DNA of 35,242 nt from Phoronis australis (lineage: Eukaryota; Animalia; Phoronida): contig NMRA01000759.1 in the NCBI GenBank assembly GCA_002633005.1, positions 25,456-60,697 on the forward strand, given 5' to 3'. The notes under the pieces were generated by a model, which was given only the letters and a program-made list of their open reading frames with translations, was not told where the DNA came from and ran no database searches. This document shows positions 18,801-30,058 of the stretch, in pieces (position 1 is the first letter of the stretch; every line of letters starts with the position of its first letter). The position numbers were made by a program, and so were the translations under genes.

Positions 18801-21800
18801 GATCACGTGACAGATTCTGAATGATCTGATTGGTCTAAGCCATTGTTTACAAATTCTGCCATACTATTTTCAGTTTCCTCGCTGATAGTTATTTCTTATG
18901 TCACATAGTTTCTTCTCCACCAGCATGGCTTATGAACAATTAACTCCTGTAATTACTGTTTGGCCAACTTAGGATTTTGATTGATGCATTCTATAAACTA
19001 TGTTGTTTTTTACTTTCATTTTTCCATGCTAACAGTTGGAGTATGAGACACAGGTTTTCGTCTTGAATGTTTTTCATTTGCATTGGAATTAGAATTTTTG
19101 TTGGAATTAAATGTGTATGTATTTCAGGCTTTTTAGATAATCTATGGATCGATTTTCATTTTTTGTATAATTTTGTATCGTAATTATAAGAATTGAAAAT
19201 AATTTCATTGGTCTCCCTCAGTGCAACAAATCAAGAATAAGCTCCTGCCACTCAGACTGCAAATTTTTCATCATTATCGTTATTTTAATTTTAAAAAATA
19301 TTTTTTGTTGCATCTAATTGCCTTCATTGTTGTTGCTGAAATAGATGTCAGGTACTGCTTAAGATGAGTGCGTTTTTCCAACACGACACAGTAACTTTCC
19401 ATCTGTTGAGTTATGGTTTAGATTGAAATGTGTATTTAGGGCAATAAAAATTTCCTCTTTTTTGTCATGGGTCATTCCAAGCCCTGCTTTTAGATAGAGT
19501 GAGACCCCAGCCTTGATTGCAGACAATGACAATTTGATAAAATCACAAAAACGTGACAGATATTGTTGTGTTATAGTTCTCGTCAAAGCTGATAACTTCA
19601 AAATGTCTTATCTCATGCAACAATAAACTCAAAAATGCATTTTTTCGGATATAAAGCAAATAATGCTCCTTTAAGTGAACCGGTGTCTTTGTTGTACAGG
19701 TATTTGTGCCTTTACTACGTTGAGTGTCAATTAAGTCTAGGGTACCGGTATTTTTAATTATTCAGAGTAATAGGCACTTACAGGCATCCTGAATTTTGAG
19801 AACCAGTTTTCTCCACTGAATAAAGGGCATCGATCTGGTTCTCATTATTCTTGACCCCTGTATTGCCTATTATGTTCAGCAGCTAGCTGTATACACAGTT
19901 AAAGCAGTCTGACAATTTGCTGTTTCCCTGTACACTATTGCCATGTTTGATTTAACTTTCGAAAGAAAATGACTTTCTATAATTGGTGACCCTCATGGCT
20001 AAATCCTGGTTAAATAACGGCATTTCCTCCTTTTTAACTTTCTGGTAAAGTTCTGCATCATTCTGTGGTGCTATTAATGGCTACTATTGACCAAATTAGC
20101 AGAAATTAAAGGGTGTTCAACTTAGAGCATGGAATTGCAGAATACGAGTCTTCTAATCCAGAATAGAGTTCAATAATGCTACAACCTTGTTAGGACCTCG
20201 TTAGAAAAACGCGATATATGGCTTAATTTTCGATGAGAGCACATGATATTGGCTAGATTTTACTTGCCTCGAGGTATCTACTAAACTCTACCCAAAATGC
20301 ATCGTGCATGCTATCATCTGCTCAGTAAGTTGGCAGATGATTTTGGATAGATGCTTCCAGTTTACTCAAAACTAGACTGCTGGCTGTTAAAAATACTAAA
20401 CGTACTAAAATTAACTGATCTCTACAGATTGTGTATGTACGGCTGCCTGCAGTTCTCAGGATGGTAGCTGTTCCTCAATCCTTTGCATTATATGACATCT
20501 CTCCATGGACCTGACTTCTGCCTGTCTTTGGCATATTTTTAACAAAGTGTAGGCGGATTCAGGGGAAGGGTCCCAAGGGGGTGCGGAGCCTCCTTTTTAG
20601 CCAAGGTGGCAAACACGATCCACAGAAAAAGTAAGACGATGTCTATAGTTTTCATTTCTACATGCCATTAGGAATAGATTACGATACTAAATTTCATTCA
20701 AAGTTTTCTGCTTATTATTTCTGGTGTAGGTTTCTGAAGAGAATTCATTTTATATGCATCCCCTTTTCATAAAAATCTGGATCCGCCTTTGCGAAGTACA
20801 TCAAAGCTTTGATTCCCTGTAAAAGATTTCCAAACAAAATGTAAATAAGTACTGTAATGTCATTCTGGGCTTTCAAGTGAATGCCTTTGTGTGATCATAA
20901 GTTCAGTGCCTTTTTTGTTTCAGGCAACTAAAAAGAAACTGTCCACAGGCAAAGTCCCTGTGTTGTGCGTTCTCTTGGACTCCATCCTTGTCCACGGTGC
21001 AGAGGCAAGTGCTGTGTTCAAAGATCCGACAGGTATGAACAGTTGTTCACGGCTTGTTCATGTGATAAACTGAACAAATACTTATTTCACGAGACAGGTG
21101 AAAGGATTGTCGGACAATCTGCCACTCAGAGTGTTAATTTCAGAATCAGAATGCAAGGCCAGATTGTTATTACAGTGTAGCGGGGATGTTGTAGGCAGCA
21201 TTGATTTTGTTTTTTGGTGTTGTGGAGTGGTCGCTGGTGTCGACCTGACGGATAGATGCTCAGTTGTTTTGTTTTGAAGTTTGTGTATTAAAACAGAAAA
21301 CCCAGAAGTGGGAGAAAAAGAAGAGTTGAATAGATTCATTCCAGTTTATTATTGTCGTCGTAAATTACAAGCAGGGATGATGGAAAGGAATTTATAGAAA
21401 ACTATTGAACACTTAAAGACTTTTTGGAAAAACCAGGGGACTTACAATATGTCACTCATTGTGATTGAGAACTTGAGGCTGGAGCGGCTTTCAGACCCCA
21501 GACAGCCTACCAAAACTACAAGTGCGCGGCTTTTTATAGAACAAGACAAGGCTTGTCAGGACAAGTCTAAAACATGGGTGACGTAATGGAACACCCCTAC
21601 AAGTTGAGTCAACGAAGAAAGTGGGCCAAACTGTAACTGTATGATTCACAAAGGGAGGGTGTGCCTGTCACAACATTATCGCATCAAGCTGCTTTTTTCC
21701 AAAAGGTACACAAAGTGCACAGAAGGCCATGTACTGTTTTCAATCTTTTGATTTGGGAAATGAATGAAATGTGCGAACAAAGACAAACAGTCTTTAAGGC

Positions 21801-24200
21801 TTCCTCTGACTTTTGACTTGATTCTGTTGCATGTCCTATGAACTTTAACCTGCCTGATGCCATGTCTGTTGATCTTTGACCTAGTTCTGTTGTTACATTT
21901 TCCTTCAGGTGTAATATCGGGGACTTTACACAGAGATCTGGCTCAGGATTACCAGTTGCAGTTACAACCAGGAGCAGTGCTTGTGCTAAAACAGGTTTGA
22001 TTTAAATTCGTTCAACTGTGATGCTCATGTTCAAAATTTGACAAACTGCGTTGTTTTTTACTCCTTCAACTTGAGAAAAGGGGGAAGTCTTCAGTAAAAA
22101 CGTTTCGCTGTAAATAATGTGAAGGCTGTTTCCACGAAACTTCAAAACTTATTTGCTGGATGAGTTCAACCTGTGGGACATCTCAAACATTTTCAAAAGT
22201 GGGAATGTAACATTCAATAATGCAATATCAGATTACTAACCTATTTTGCACAAAATCTGTAACGCCTCAGCTAAAACTCTGTATTTTTCAACCAAAAAAT
22301 GCACTTCTTTTCAGTATTTTTCTGACTGTTTGAATTTAAATGTAACTCCGATAAATGTGACAGAACTGTCACGTTTCGATATATGTGTTAAATTGGGAAC
22401 ATGAAGCTAATGGAACCATTAAAAGGTTGTTTAACACATAACAATTTGAGACTAGTTTCAAAACTTTTGATTGGTCAAAATCAAAAATTGTTTTTTAGGA
22501 CGGAAGGTGTGTTTGTTATCACTTTAATAACAGCAGCTATTCTTCAAGCCAGTTGTGTGATGCAGTGTTGCATCGGCCGAGACACCAGCAGATTTTCAGT
22601 CTCATCCTGGTTATGTAACAATTTGCCTTAACTTAAGCAGTGATCTTGGCCGCCTTGCTCCCCCTAATCTACAATAGACTTACCCACTGTACTCTTGGCC
22701 CTCTGCTCTCCCTGGTCTACACTAGACTGACCCACCTTAATTCTTCAAGACACAATATTACTGACGAGTGAAATTCTATTTTGTCAAATTTTTTCACAAC
22801 TAATAAAAATTAATACAAAGTCAATCTAGTGCTAGCATGCTTTGAACTGTGTTAATGTCATTTGGCATTTGGTAAAGCTCCCAGGATTTGTAGTGAAGTA
22901 ATTGGCCTTTGAAAACGCAAGATTTGTAATTTTGGCAATTACTTTGGTGCGAAATGATTGGTGAATTACAGTAAAACAGCAGTGATGCAGCTGCACAGAT
23001 ACAGTGTTGTTGCGTTGTGTGACTTGTGTGTCATACTGAGTTGCTGGTGTCGTTTTATATTAATGGTATTAAAATACCTTTCAGAAGAAGCAAAATATGC
23101 CTAATTGACCACAGCACTGTAAAAGGCTAACATTCCTCTTTAATGTCTATTCACATAGGTTGGAGTGTTCAGTCCCTCAGGTAGGACCCACTACTTAAAT
23201 GTGACCCCCAACAATCTTGCTCAGATCTACGCCTCGTCGCACAACAGCGTCGACTGCACCGTCGTCAGTGCTGAAAAACTCACGTTGGGGAATGTAAAGG
23301 ATCTTGAGCCTACCCACAGTCCCAAGCTTGTCGTTCCAAGCCTTATGAATTCGCCATCTGTTTCATCTGTGCAATTCCACCATACAGTCAATACGACTTA
23401 TGATCCAAACAGGGCATTATCAGACTGTAAGGTCAACCGAACGAATACCATCAAGCAACAGAAAGAAAATAGGGTTCACACAACTTTGTTGTCAAAAATG
23501 TCTCCGGCGATTAGTGAACACCGTAACAGAGCACCACAAAATAAGTACAAAATAATCAACAGCCAATATGAAAATACTGGACATAGAGGTGCACGTACTC
23601 CATGTGTGAAAAATGTGACCAACATCGGAGAGCCCAGGGAGGCTACTGTTGCTACGATTTTAGAAGATGAGCATTGGTCTGATGGTATGTAGATTTGTGG
23701 CAATGATGAACTTGAAATTCACTCACTAGGGGATATTATTGAAGTAACAGTGATATGAGTATAAATTTGGGTACTCCAGGTAGTAATGTGGCAACTCACG
23801 AACTGTTGGAGTGAGTTTTCTGTTCCCATGTATTCAGATCTAACAAAAAGAGAGCCTTTCTCCACCACTTACTTAGTGAATACTGAGTAAACAAAGGATT
23901 ACCAATTGGAGGCATTGGAAAAAAATCAAATGGCTCTCTGCTACTGACTTTGATATATAAGACAGTACGCAACCAATCGGAAATTTGGTAGATTATAGAC
24001 CATCTCTCTTAAACCTCAGTTTCTTGTGTTATTAGTATTGCTTTAGCAAGTAGTAAATCTTTTTAGTCATTATTTATCACATTTCTTTTAAAATTTGTTG
24101 TAACATTTTCGCAATGAAAATTGATTTCTGTGTCGTAACATCTATTTTCTTTCTGTTTTCAGATGGTTTAGATGATCTGATGACCAGTATTGGAGAGTAG
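12788..24200 (+). CDS. HROB: Homologous recombination OB-fold protein (C17orf53/MCM8IP), 10 coding exons, 855 aa: join(12788-12817,13900-13942,14161-15517,15935-16091,16758-16832,17488-17634,20924-21032,21909-21994,23159-23684,24163-24200)
   Basis: Family motifs RKFPGPAGALP, PWMAM, KVPVLCVLL, ASAVFKDPTG-VISGTLHR, LQPGAVLVLKQVGVFSPSGRTHYLNVTPNNL. All nine introns are GT-AG, phases are compatible and the total of 2568 nt is divisible by 3. Confidence 0.9.
12846..13015 (-). mobile_element. 170-bp TGTA...TACA element with internal tRNA-type Pol III A/B boxes (solo TRIM/LTR-like or SINE)
   Basis: Minus-strand A box TAGCTGAATGG (12939-12949) and B box GGTTCGATCCC (12896-12906); termini TGTA/TACA; no clean TSD. 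Confidence 0.6.
13021..13795. mobile_element. Possible solo LTR in HROB intron 1
   Basis: Starts TGTTACTAG and ends CTTGTAACA (8/9 inverted match); contains TATA-like and AATAAA motifs but has no TSD, and its right end overlaps the 13792-13832 palindrome. Confidence 0.3.
13792..13832. repeat. 41-bp palindrome with CAGGA...TCCTG ends
   Basis: 20-bp arms centred on 13812, 18/20 pairs complementary. Confidence 0.85.
13900..13942 (+). CDS. HROB: HROB coding exon 2 (DLLLASLEDEISIE)
   Basis: Acceptor TACTTTCAG, donor GTATGT; phase 0 to 1 joins exons 1 and 3 in frame. Confidence 0.75.
14161..15517 (+). CDS. HROB: HROB coding exon 3 (long low-complexity region)
   Basis: Lies within ORF 14145-15521; acceptor TTTTTCAG, donor GTAAGT at 15518. 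Confidence 0.85.
15935..16091 (+). CDS. HROB: HROB coding exon 4 (contains RKFPGPAGALP)
   Basis: Acceptor TTTTGCACCAG, donor GTATGT; conserved PGPAG motif. Confidence 0.9.
16250..16512 (-). mobile_element. tRNA-derived SINE in HROB intron 4
   Basis: Minus strand starts GGAGGCAGTGCCACCTAGTGG (A-box-like), has B box GGGTTCAAGTCCC, and ends in an A-rich tail (GTAAACTTAAAATTAAAAAC). Confidence 0.6.
16758..16832 (+). CDS. HROB: HROB coding exon 5 (ETGENMEDIK...TSSQ)
   Basis: Acceptor TTTTTGTAG, donor GTACTG; 75 nt, phase 0-0, open; weak sequence conservation. Confidence 0.65.
17488..17634 (+). CDS. HROB: HROB coding exon 6 (PFESRPWMAML...)
   Basis: Acceptor TTCTTCAG, donor GTACGT; conserved F..xPW..M motif. 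Confidence 0.85.
17869..19486. mobile_element. ~1.6-kb non-autonomous DNA transposon, hAT-like, in HROB intron 6
   Basis: Ends CAAGGCTTGGAAT and ATTCCAAGCCCTG (12/13 inverted match), repeated subterminal CGCGGA(A) motifs, CpG-rich left half. No clean 8-bp TSD and no transposase ORF. Confidence 0.5.
20165..20288 (-). mobile_element. Older copy of the 12268-12423 MITE family, lacking the micro-insertion
   Basis: Minus strand GTTTAGTAGA...GTAAAATCTAGCCAATATCATGTGCTCTCATCGAAAAT aligns with GTTCAGTAGA...CTAAAACCTAGTCAAAGTCACGTGTTGTTATTAAAAAT; TAGGACCTCG is shared at the other end. Confidence 0.6.
20551..20788. mobile_element. MITE with GGCGGATCCAG-type ends
   Basis: AGGCGGATTCAG followed by G-runs at the left, C-run then CTGGATCCGCCT at the right (11/12 inverted match). 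Confidence 0.55.
20924..21032 (+). CDS. HROB: HROB coding exon 7 (OB-fold start, ...ASAVFKDPT)
   Basis: Acceptor TTTTGTTTCAG, donor GTATGA; conserved FKDPTG. Confidence 0.92.
21176..21601 (-). mobile_element. Solo LTR candidate (426 bp), antisense in HROB intron 7
   Basis: Ends TGTAG...CTACA; on the minus strand TATAAAA (21532-21538) precedes AATAAA (21345-21350) as in U3-R-U5. Flanks do not show a TSD. Confidence 0.55.
21909..21994 (+). CDS. HROB: HROB coding exon 8 (GVISGTLHR...PGAVLVLKQ)
   Basis: Acceptor TTTCCTTCAG, donor GTTTGA; OB-fold motif; phase 1 to 0. Confidence 0.92.
22644..22741 (+). repeat. Two-copy ~49-bp degenerate tandem repeat
   Basis: TCTTGGCC...TGCTC...CCT..TCTACA.TAGACT.ACCCAC starting at 22644 and again at 22693. 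Confidence 0.7.
23159..23684 (+). CDS. HROB: HROB coding exon 9 (VGVFSPSGRTHYLNVTPNNL...)
   Basis: Acceptor TTCACATAG, donor GTATGT at 23685; strongly conserved HYLNVTPNNL. Confidence 0.92.
24163..24200 (+). CDS. HROB: HROB terminal coding exon (DGLDDLMTSIGE*)
   Basis: Strong pyrimidine tract TTTTCTTTCTGTTTTCAG, phase-1 join, TAG at 24198-24200. Confidence 0.7.
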
Positions 24201-24384
24201 TGAGTGCCCTGTCTGATATTCTATGACTGTAAAGGAACATCAGTTTTACGGTTGAAAACTGCATTCTTGAGATTATTGTTTAATTGGTAGACTTCTTGAA
24301 GTTATTAGCTCTGACCAAGTGATTGTCTGTTTCATGAAAATTGACTTGAAAGACAGAAGTGTGCTGTTATGCTTCCACTTAACA

Positions 24385-24390
24385 AATAAA
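24385..24390 (+). terminator. Candidate poly(A) signal of HROB
   Basis: First AATAAA after the stop codon. Confidence 0.5.
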
Positions 24391-26593
24391 GTTTTAGTCG
24401 TTAAATTATTAGCATATCACTGCCTGGAAATAACTTTTGAAATATTCTCGATAAGTAACAGTTTTGGGTGCATTCACGGATTCTTTATTCTTTTCTAGAG
24501 AGAGTTTAAATTTATTTATTTTTTGGAAGTAGTTATGTGGAGCGCAAGACCAAATTTCTGTCTTTAGTCTTAAGTCACGTCCATGGTGCAGTCCCAAAGA
24601 TATAAAATATCAAAATTTGTTGCATTTTTGTTATTTTATTTTAAATCATCAATTCTCGCCATTGTCTTTGTGACATTCACTTGAATCATGGCACTTAAAA
24701 GTCGTCATTATTTACCGCATAAGACTTGGCTTTGCGACAGAGATATTTAATTGAATGCTACTGTGGAGCCAGTGATTCGGTTACACATCGCTGAAAATTT
24801 CTGAAAATTACTTTTCTTGTCAAGAATGTCTCCCTTCAATGATAATGACTCAAATATTTGGAATTACTGAAAGCGTCTAGAATGACTACGCATTTTGCTC
24901 TGCTCACTTCCAAATAATAGGAAAAGCTCTAACTTTGAAACAGGAAGGGTTGGTTGATGGATTGATGGATTATGTTTTGTGCAATTTGCTTAGTCAAGTG
25001 ACTTATCTATGTGTGCAGTATGTCTAGTCATTGATATCATGGTGTGTTATTTGAATTACTTTACAAGTTATTGTCAAGCATGTCTTCCAAATAAATAGTC
25101 GTCCTATAGCCATACAAGTCATTGAATTATCTTTTGCTTAAATTGATACTTAACGCGGTCAGTCAACAGTGAAGTCAATGGGTGACTCCATGAGCATGCC
25201 TGTAATGATGACGAAAACAGAAGATTCCAACTGTCATTCAACACCAATGGAAACTGTTTACAATAGATGTCTTGCATACATATACATACCGGGTATACAA
25301 TACATATATTACGTTATACCATGCGTTGACTCAAGCAGTGGACTAGTGTTTTAGGCTAAGACCCTTTGCCCAGACCATGTACAGAAAGTATAATCTTGAT
25401 GTTTTTTCCCATTTAAGATCATTTGTTTTGTTTTGATGAGTCATAATGAGTGAACAGACATACTGGAACTTATGAAGCATCTTAAAAGAAACTAGTCTAT
25501 TATCGCATTAGAGGAACACATGAAGATCTCATGATTGTTTGACTTTGGTCTAAAATCTTAATTTTTTTTTACATTTTTGACAATTTTGAGCAAATTAACT
25601 CAAGTACATTCAAACAGAACAGGCTTTTAAATAACTGCTTAGCCTAAATTCATAAAGGTCAATAACGTCTATTTTATGGAACACCTATTTAAAAGTGGAA
25701 TGCGAATATGTCCACTTCACAGAGTATGTCTAAAGTACATGTACAATCATTGGATTTCAAAGGCCATCAAGAAGTATGCTATTGTAAGTACTTTTAAGAA
25801 TAAAAACAAGACAACAAGTATATGTTCAAGAAGTGAATCAGTTACAGTACAAACAGGGGATATGTTGAAACCCTCAGGTCAACATTGGCACTGGCACTGC
25901 TGGGGGCCCAGACACATCTGGTGTGTAATTGATGGTTCAGCTAAATTTACAATTTTTGCCTTTCTGAACATCTTCGATCTATTAATGACATTAATTACCC
26001 TAGAGTTGAGTACGTTGTATAGGACCCTGCAAAAGCTCGCAATTTGGCTAACTGTGGAATATATCATATCTCTGAAATGGCTGATATGATTCATGTCAAA
26101 CTTTCAGATACTGCTTCATTAGCTGTTCTCTTTAGCAATGGTCCATTTTCCATAGACTCTATTCACGCGGCGGACATTAAAATCCAAAGCGAGGCTCACT
26201 GCGATAAACAAAGCGAAAGTAGACATTGCGTGAGTTAAATAGCCGGTCTTTCGAGTCCAACCTGGATATTGAATTTTAATATTGTGTCAACAATTAAACC
26301 ACACAGACGTAGAAAATTACATTAGAGAACAAGTTGAGGCATCAAAGAGTTGTCTGACGAAAGGGTTTAATTTTTTTCGGAAAACTAGGTTCGAAACATG
26401 AAAAGTAAATATGACCAAATTGCGGCGATCGTAGTGTTACGGATTAGGTATTATGCTGAATGCAGGGTTACTTTTTTCTTGTAAATTGTTGATCAAAATA
26501 CTTTCTACGCGGACCAGGTCATCTGCTCGTATTGTTGACGAGTTGAAGACATATTCGACAGTGGTGGCTGTCATGTGCAATTAGTCACATCTG

Positions 26594-26920
26594 NNNNNNN
26601 NNNNNNNNNNNNNNNNNNNNNNNNNNNNNNNNNNNNNNNNNNNNNNNNNNNNNNNNNNNNNNNNNNNNNNNNNNNNNNNNNNNNNNNNNNNNNNNNNNNN
26701 NNNNNNNNNNNNNNNNNNNNNNNNNNNNNNNNNNNNNNNNNNNNNNNNNNNNNNNNNNNNNNNNNNNNNNNNNNNNNNNNNNNNNNNNNNNNNNNNNNNN
26801 NNNNNNNNNNNNNNNNNNNNNNNNNNNNNNNNNNNNNNNNNNNNNNNNNNNNNNNNNNNNNNNNNNNNNNNNNNNNNNNNNNNNNNNNNNNNNNNNNNNN
26901 NNNNNNNNNNNNNNNNNNNN
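26594..26920. other. Assembly gap (327 n)
   Basis: Run of n. Confidence 1.
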
Positions 26921-28210
26921 GGGGGGGCAGGCACAGGAATAAGCAACATTTCGGCAGATGCGCGCGCCCAGCCTAAAATCTGGGGATGCAAGGGTCTTGA
27001 ATTCTTGGGTTTGCGGACCTGTTGACTAAAAAAAAAACGGTAAACGGGGTTCATTCAGCGCCTATGCGTTGTTTATTCACCCCCAAGACCCCCTGGTTGC
27101 GCACGTGTGCTAGTCAGCAATTCGCACCCGAACTCAAAAATGGGATTTGATACAATTTTAGTGCCCCCCCCTAAATCCGTAGTCATGAAAATACAACCTG
27201 GCTGGCCCATTCTCTGATCGTTACTATGATGCTTGACAACTGACCGAGATGCTACAAAATATCTAACTTTTCGAAAACATTTATTTTACACGGTCATATT
27301 TTGCTTCGTCGGCGTATGGCAACGACCCAACGCTTCCGAATCTAAACGTCTTCAGAGATTGTGAAGCGTGTACGTATTTTTTTCTAGCCGTTCGGGGAAC
27401 AACACGGACTGAAACACAGACTCTTATGCCGATAAGCTAACAGAGCTATCGTAGCGAGCCTCGTTTTGGAACGCGCCTCCTGTCGGCGTGAATAGGGTCT
27501 ATGAGGGGCTATCAGCTACAGTACTTGTTGAATCCAAAGTTGCATGACAGAAATATAATGATTATTTAGAAACCTGCAATAGTCTTTTAAAGGGGTAAAT
27601 TTGGCCTAATTTTTGGTGAGTCACAAGACAACTGTAGGGAAAGCCACACACTGGAAGCCGAAAAATCCATTTTGTGACCCATGCGTTTCAGTTCAGAGTC
27701 TTGCTTTCATGCATCATTGGAAATTTGTGTCGTGTGATAAAATTATCCTCCGGTCGCATCTTCCGTAAATGCACATAAACATGCACATTCACACTAAAAA
27801 CTCCAGGTCGTCAATGAATTCTGTGACGCCACATGTGAATTTGTTGCGACTTGTGCAGTCTGCTAGTCAGTAGCCTCACTACTAAATATATATTAAAAAC
27901 TGTACTACCATTTTTAAGCACCCCCAGGTATATACATGTGGGTTCATTTACTGTTATCTCTTGCGTTTGACGTCTACTATTATCTTCTCAATGGCTTGCA
28001 GGATCTTCATGATTAAATTTAACAGCAGTGTTCCAGTAGAGCAGGCAATGATGGCGATTTTCAGATGGGTCCATCTTCTGGTTTGTCTCCTGAAGTGATA
28101 ATTTATACGTAACTTAATTGTTTCCATATCTTACCAATTCCTTGACATTTTCAGAAAATTTCTGTTGAGATGAAGACGACACCTTCCCAATTTTAAACAT
28201 ATTTGACATA

Positions 28211-29461
28211 CCGTATTCGCCGCAATAACCGCCCAGGACCGCGCTTAGAAAAGTTCGTTTCAAAGGGGCGCTTATTATAACCCAAGGCTGTTGAAACCCG
28301 GTCTCCGAAACGGGTGAAATCGGAAGCTAAGTAACAGGTTAGCGTATATGTAATCTATGATATCAACTTCCCGCTATCAAACTCTGCTGCTAAATTACGA
28401 TCATTTTACAGAAAATTGTGCTGAAATCTCCAGTCACGACGAAAACTCGCTGACTGTTGTTGTCATGTCACATTTGTTTTGAAGTTGTCTGCGTGTGTGA
28501 GTAAGCGAGCGCGTGCGCGTGTCAGCAGAGTTCGTTTGCCAGAGCAGCTACTGTCTTTTGGCCAGAGCCACGCAATCTAACGAGTTAGATGTGCATTATA
28601 TCTAAACAAATTTTCACTAGTAGTAGGCCGCCTAAACCTGAGCGTGTTTCGTTCAGCACTTGTCGGTCTCTTGTGCTAAAAACGTACTGTTCGACATTTG
28701 TCTCGGTAAGACCATATTAGTCGCCGTGTGGCTGGATGTGGCGTACGTGACTATCTGATGTTTTTCGGTGTAAGTGTGTGTAAGCGTTCACTGTCAGTGG
28801 TCATTTTATCGGATATTTGGCTTACATCAATTATGGTTAATCAAACAATTCATCGTTGAAATAACGCAAACATTTTTATAGTATTAGAAACTGTCAGAAA
28901 TTAGTGCCAATATTCATTTCTTGCCGATGCTATGCTACCCGTTTTATGAATGGATAGTTCCCGACTAATGTCTTTGATGACATGTTCATGTATGTAGTGC
29001 ACGCTTCCTATCCACATGCTTTTAACACGGTTCACGGTTTTCAGGTGTAGGCCCTACAAAGAAATTTGGATTCCTGTTGAAAGCGGGAAATATCTACAAG
29101 GCAATGCGGTAGACAAGTACACTACTTCTGTTCTGAAAGGCCAGACCATTGGTCTTCGCAATATCAGCAGAACTTTTGTGTTCGTTCTTGAGGCATGGCG
29201 GAAGTTTGAAGTGTATAGTCACGGCCAAATACCGATGTAGCGGCGAGGCTCGTGGTCTACAAATTCTGCGCACAATGTTTTTTTTTTCAGGACTGTCGGA
29301 TATTATTGATAAATTGAAGACGTTACTGTAGAATTTTAGGACTGTAGGTAAGGCATTTTTCGCACATACATGTTCATGGACTGGGCGCTTATTTTAGCAA
29401 AGTCTGAAAACGTGTGGGGGAGCGCTTATAGAGGCATGGGTGGTTATTACGGCGAATACGG
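28211..29461. mobile_element. 1251-bp non-autonomous Tc1/mariner-pogo-type DNA transposon
   Basis: 25-bp TIRs CCGTATTCGCCGCAATAACCGCCCA (28211-28235) and TGGGTGGTTATTACGGCGAATACGG (29437-29461), 23/25 match; TA on both sides; internal GGGCGCTTATT repeats near both ends; no transposase ORF. Confidence 0.85.
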
Positions 29462-29984
29462 TAGTCATAACCCTCTAGTGGCTTATTTTCATTTTTTGCT
29501 TCCACCTCTCTATTCCCTAAACCGCTCAAAGGATGGTTATGAAAATTGACCGATGTGGGCAGCCAGGGTCGGTGAGGGAGACTACTTTTTATGAAAAGTT
29601 AATGATGTTGAGCTGGTTTTACATAGCTCAAGAATGAAAACTTGATTACTTGATGGTAAATTTAATGTAAGTGCTGCTGTACAAAGCAGTGGATGGTTTA
29701 CAGCACTTGCAGAAAATTTGCTGCTAATTTACAAGTAAGTTTCTCAACCTTATTGGCCATATTGTGAGAATTTACCTTAGTTTAATCAAAACATGCTCAT
29801 TCAATTGTGTGACTTGTTTGTTCACAATCTGACCCCTCACATAGACTTTGCCCATTGTACTGAAATTTGTTTTTCCTGGTTATCTGGCCATGTTCATGGA
29901 CTTTGTGTTGAGTTGATGGTTTATTTGATATAGACTATGCACACAGATTGTGCTTAGTAACTGTAGGGATTTACCATTGAAGAC

Positions 29985-30058
29985 ATGGCATCTATTGTCA
30001 AGTTTGAAGCTGGGGCGAGAGTTCCCGCAACTCAGGTGGAAATTACAGTGTCATGTCG
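29985..30058 (+). CDS. CPNE8: Copine coding exon 1 (exon acceptor at 29966/29967)
   Basis: [12 protein letters not shown] motif; donor GTACGT. Confidence 0.85.

Noticed and set aside
26575-27054. ORFs 26575-26976 and 26581-27054
   Set aside because: Artefacts of translating the n gap.
29505-29548. Motif AAAC(C/T)GCTCAAAGGAT..TTATGA shared with 32469-32510 as a conserved regulatory element
   Set aside because: Resembles the core of common Helentron-associated dispersed repeats; most simply two decayed TE fragments.
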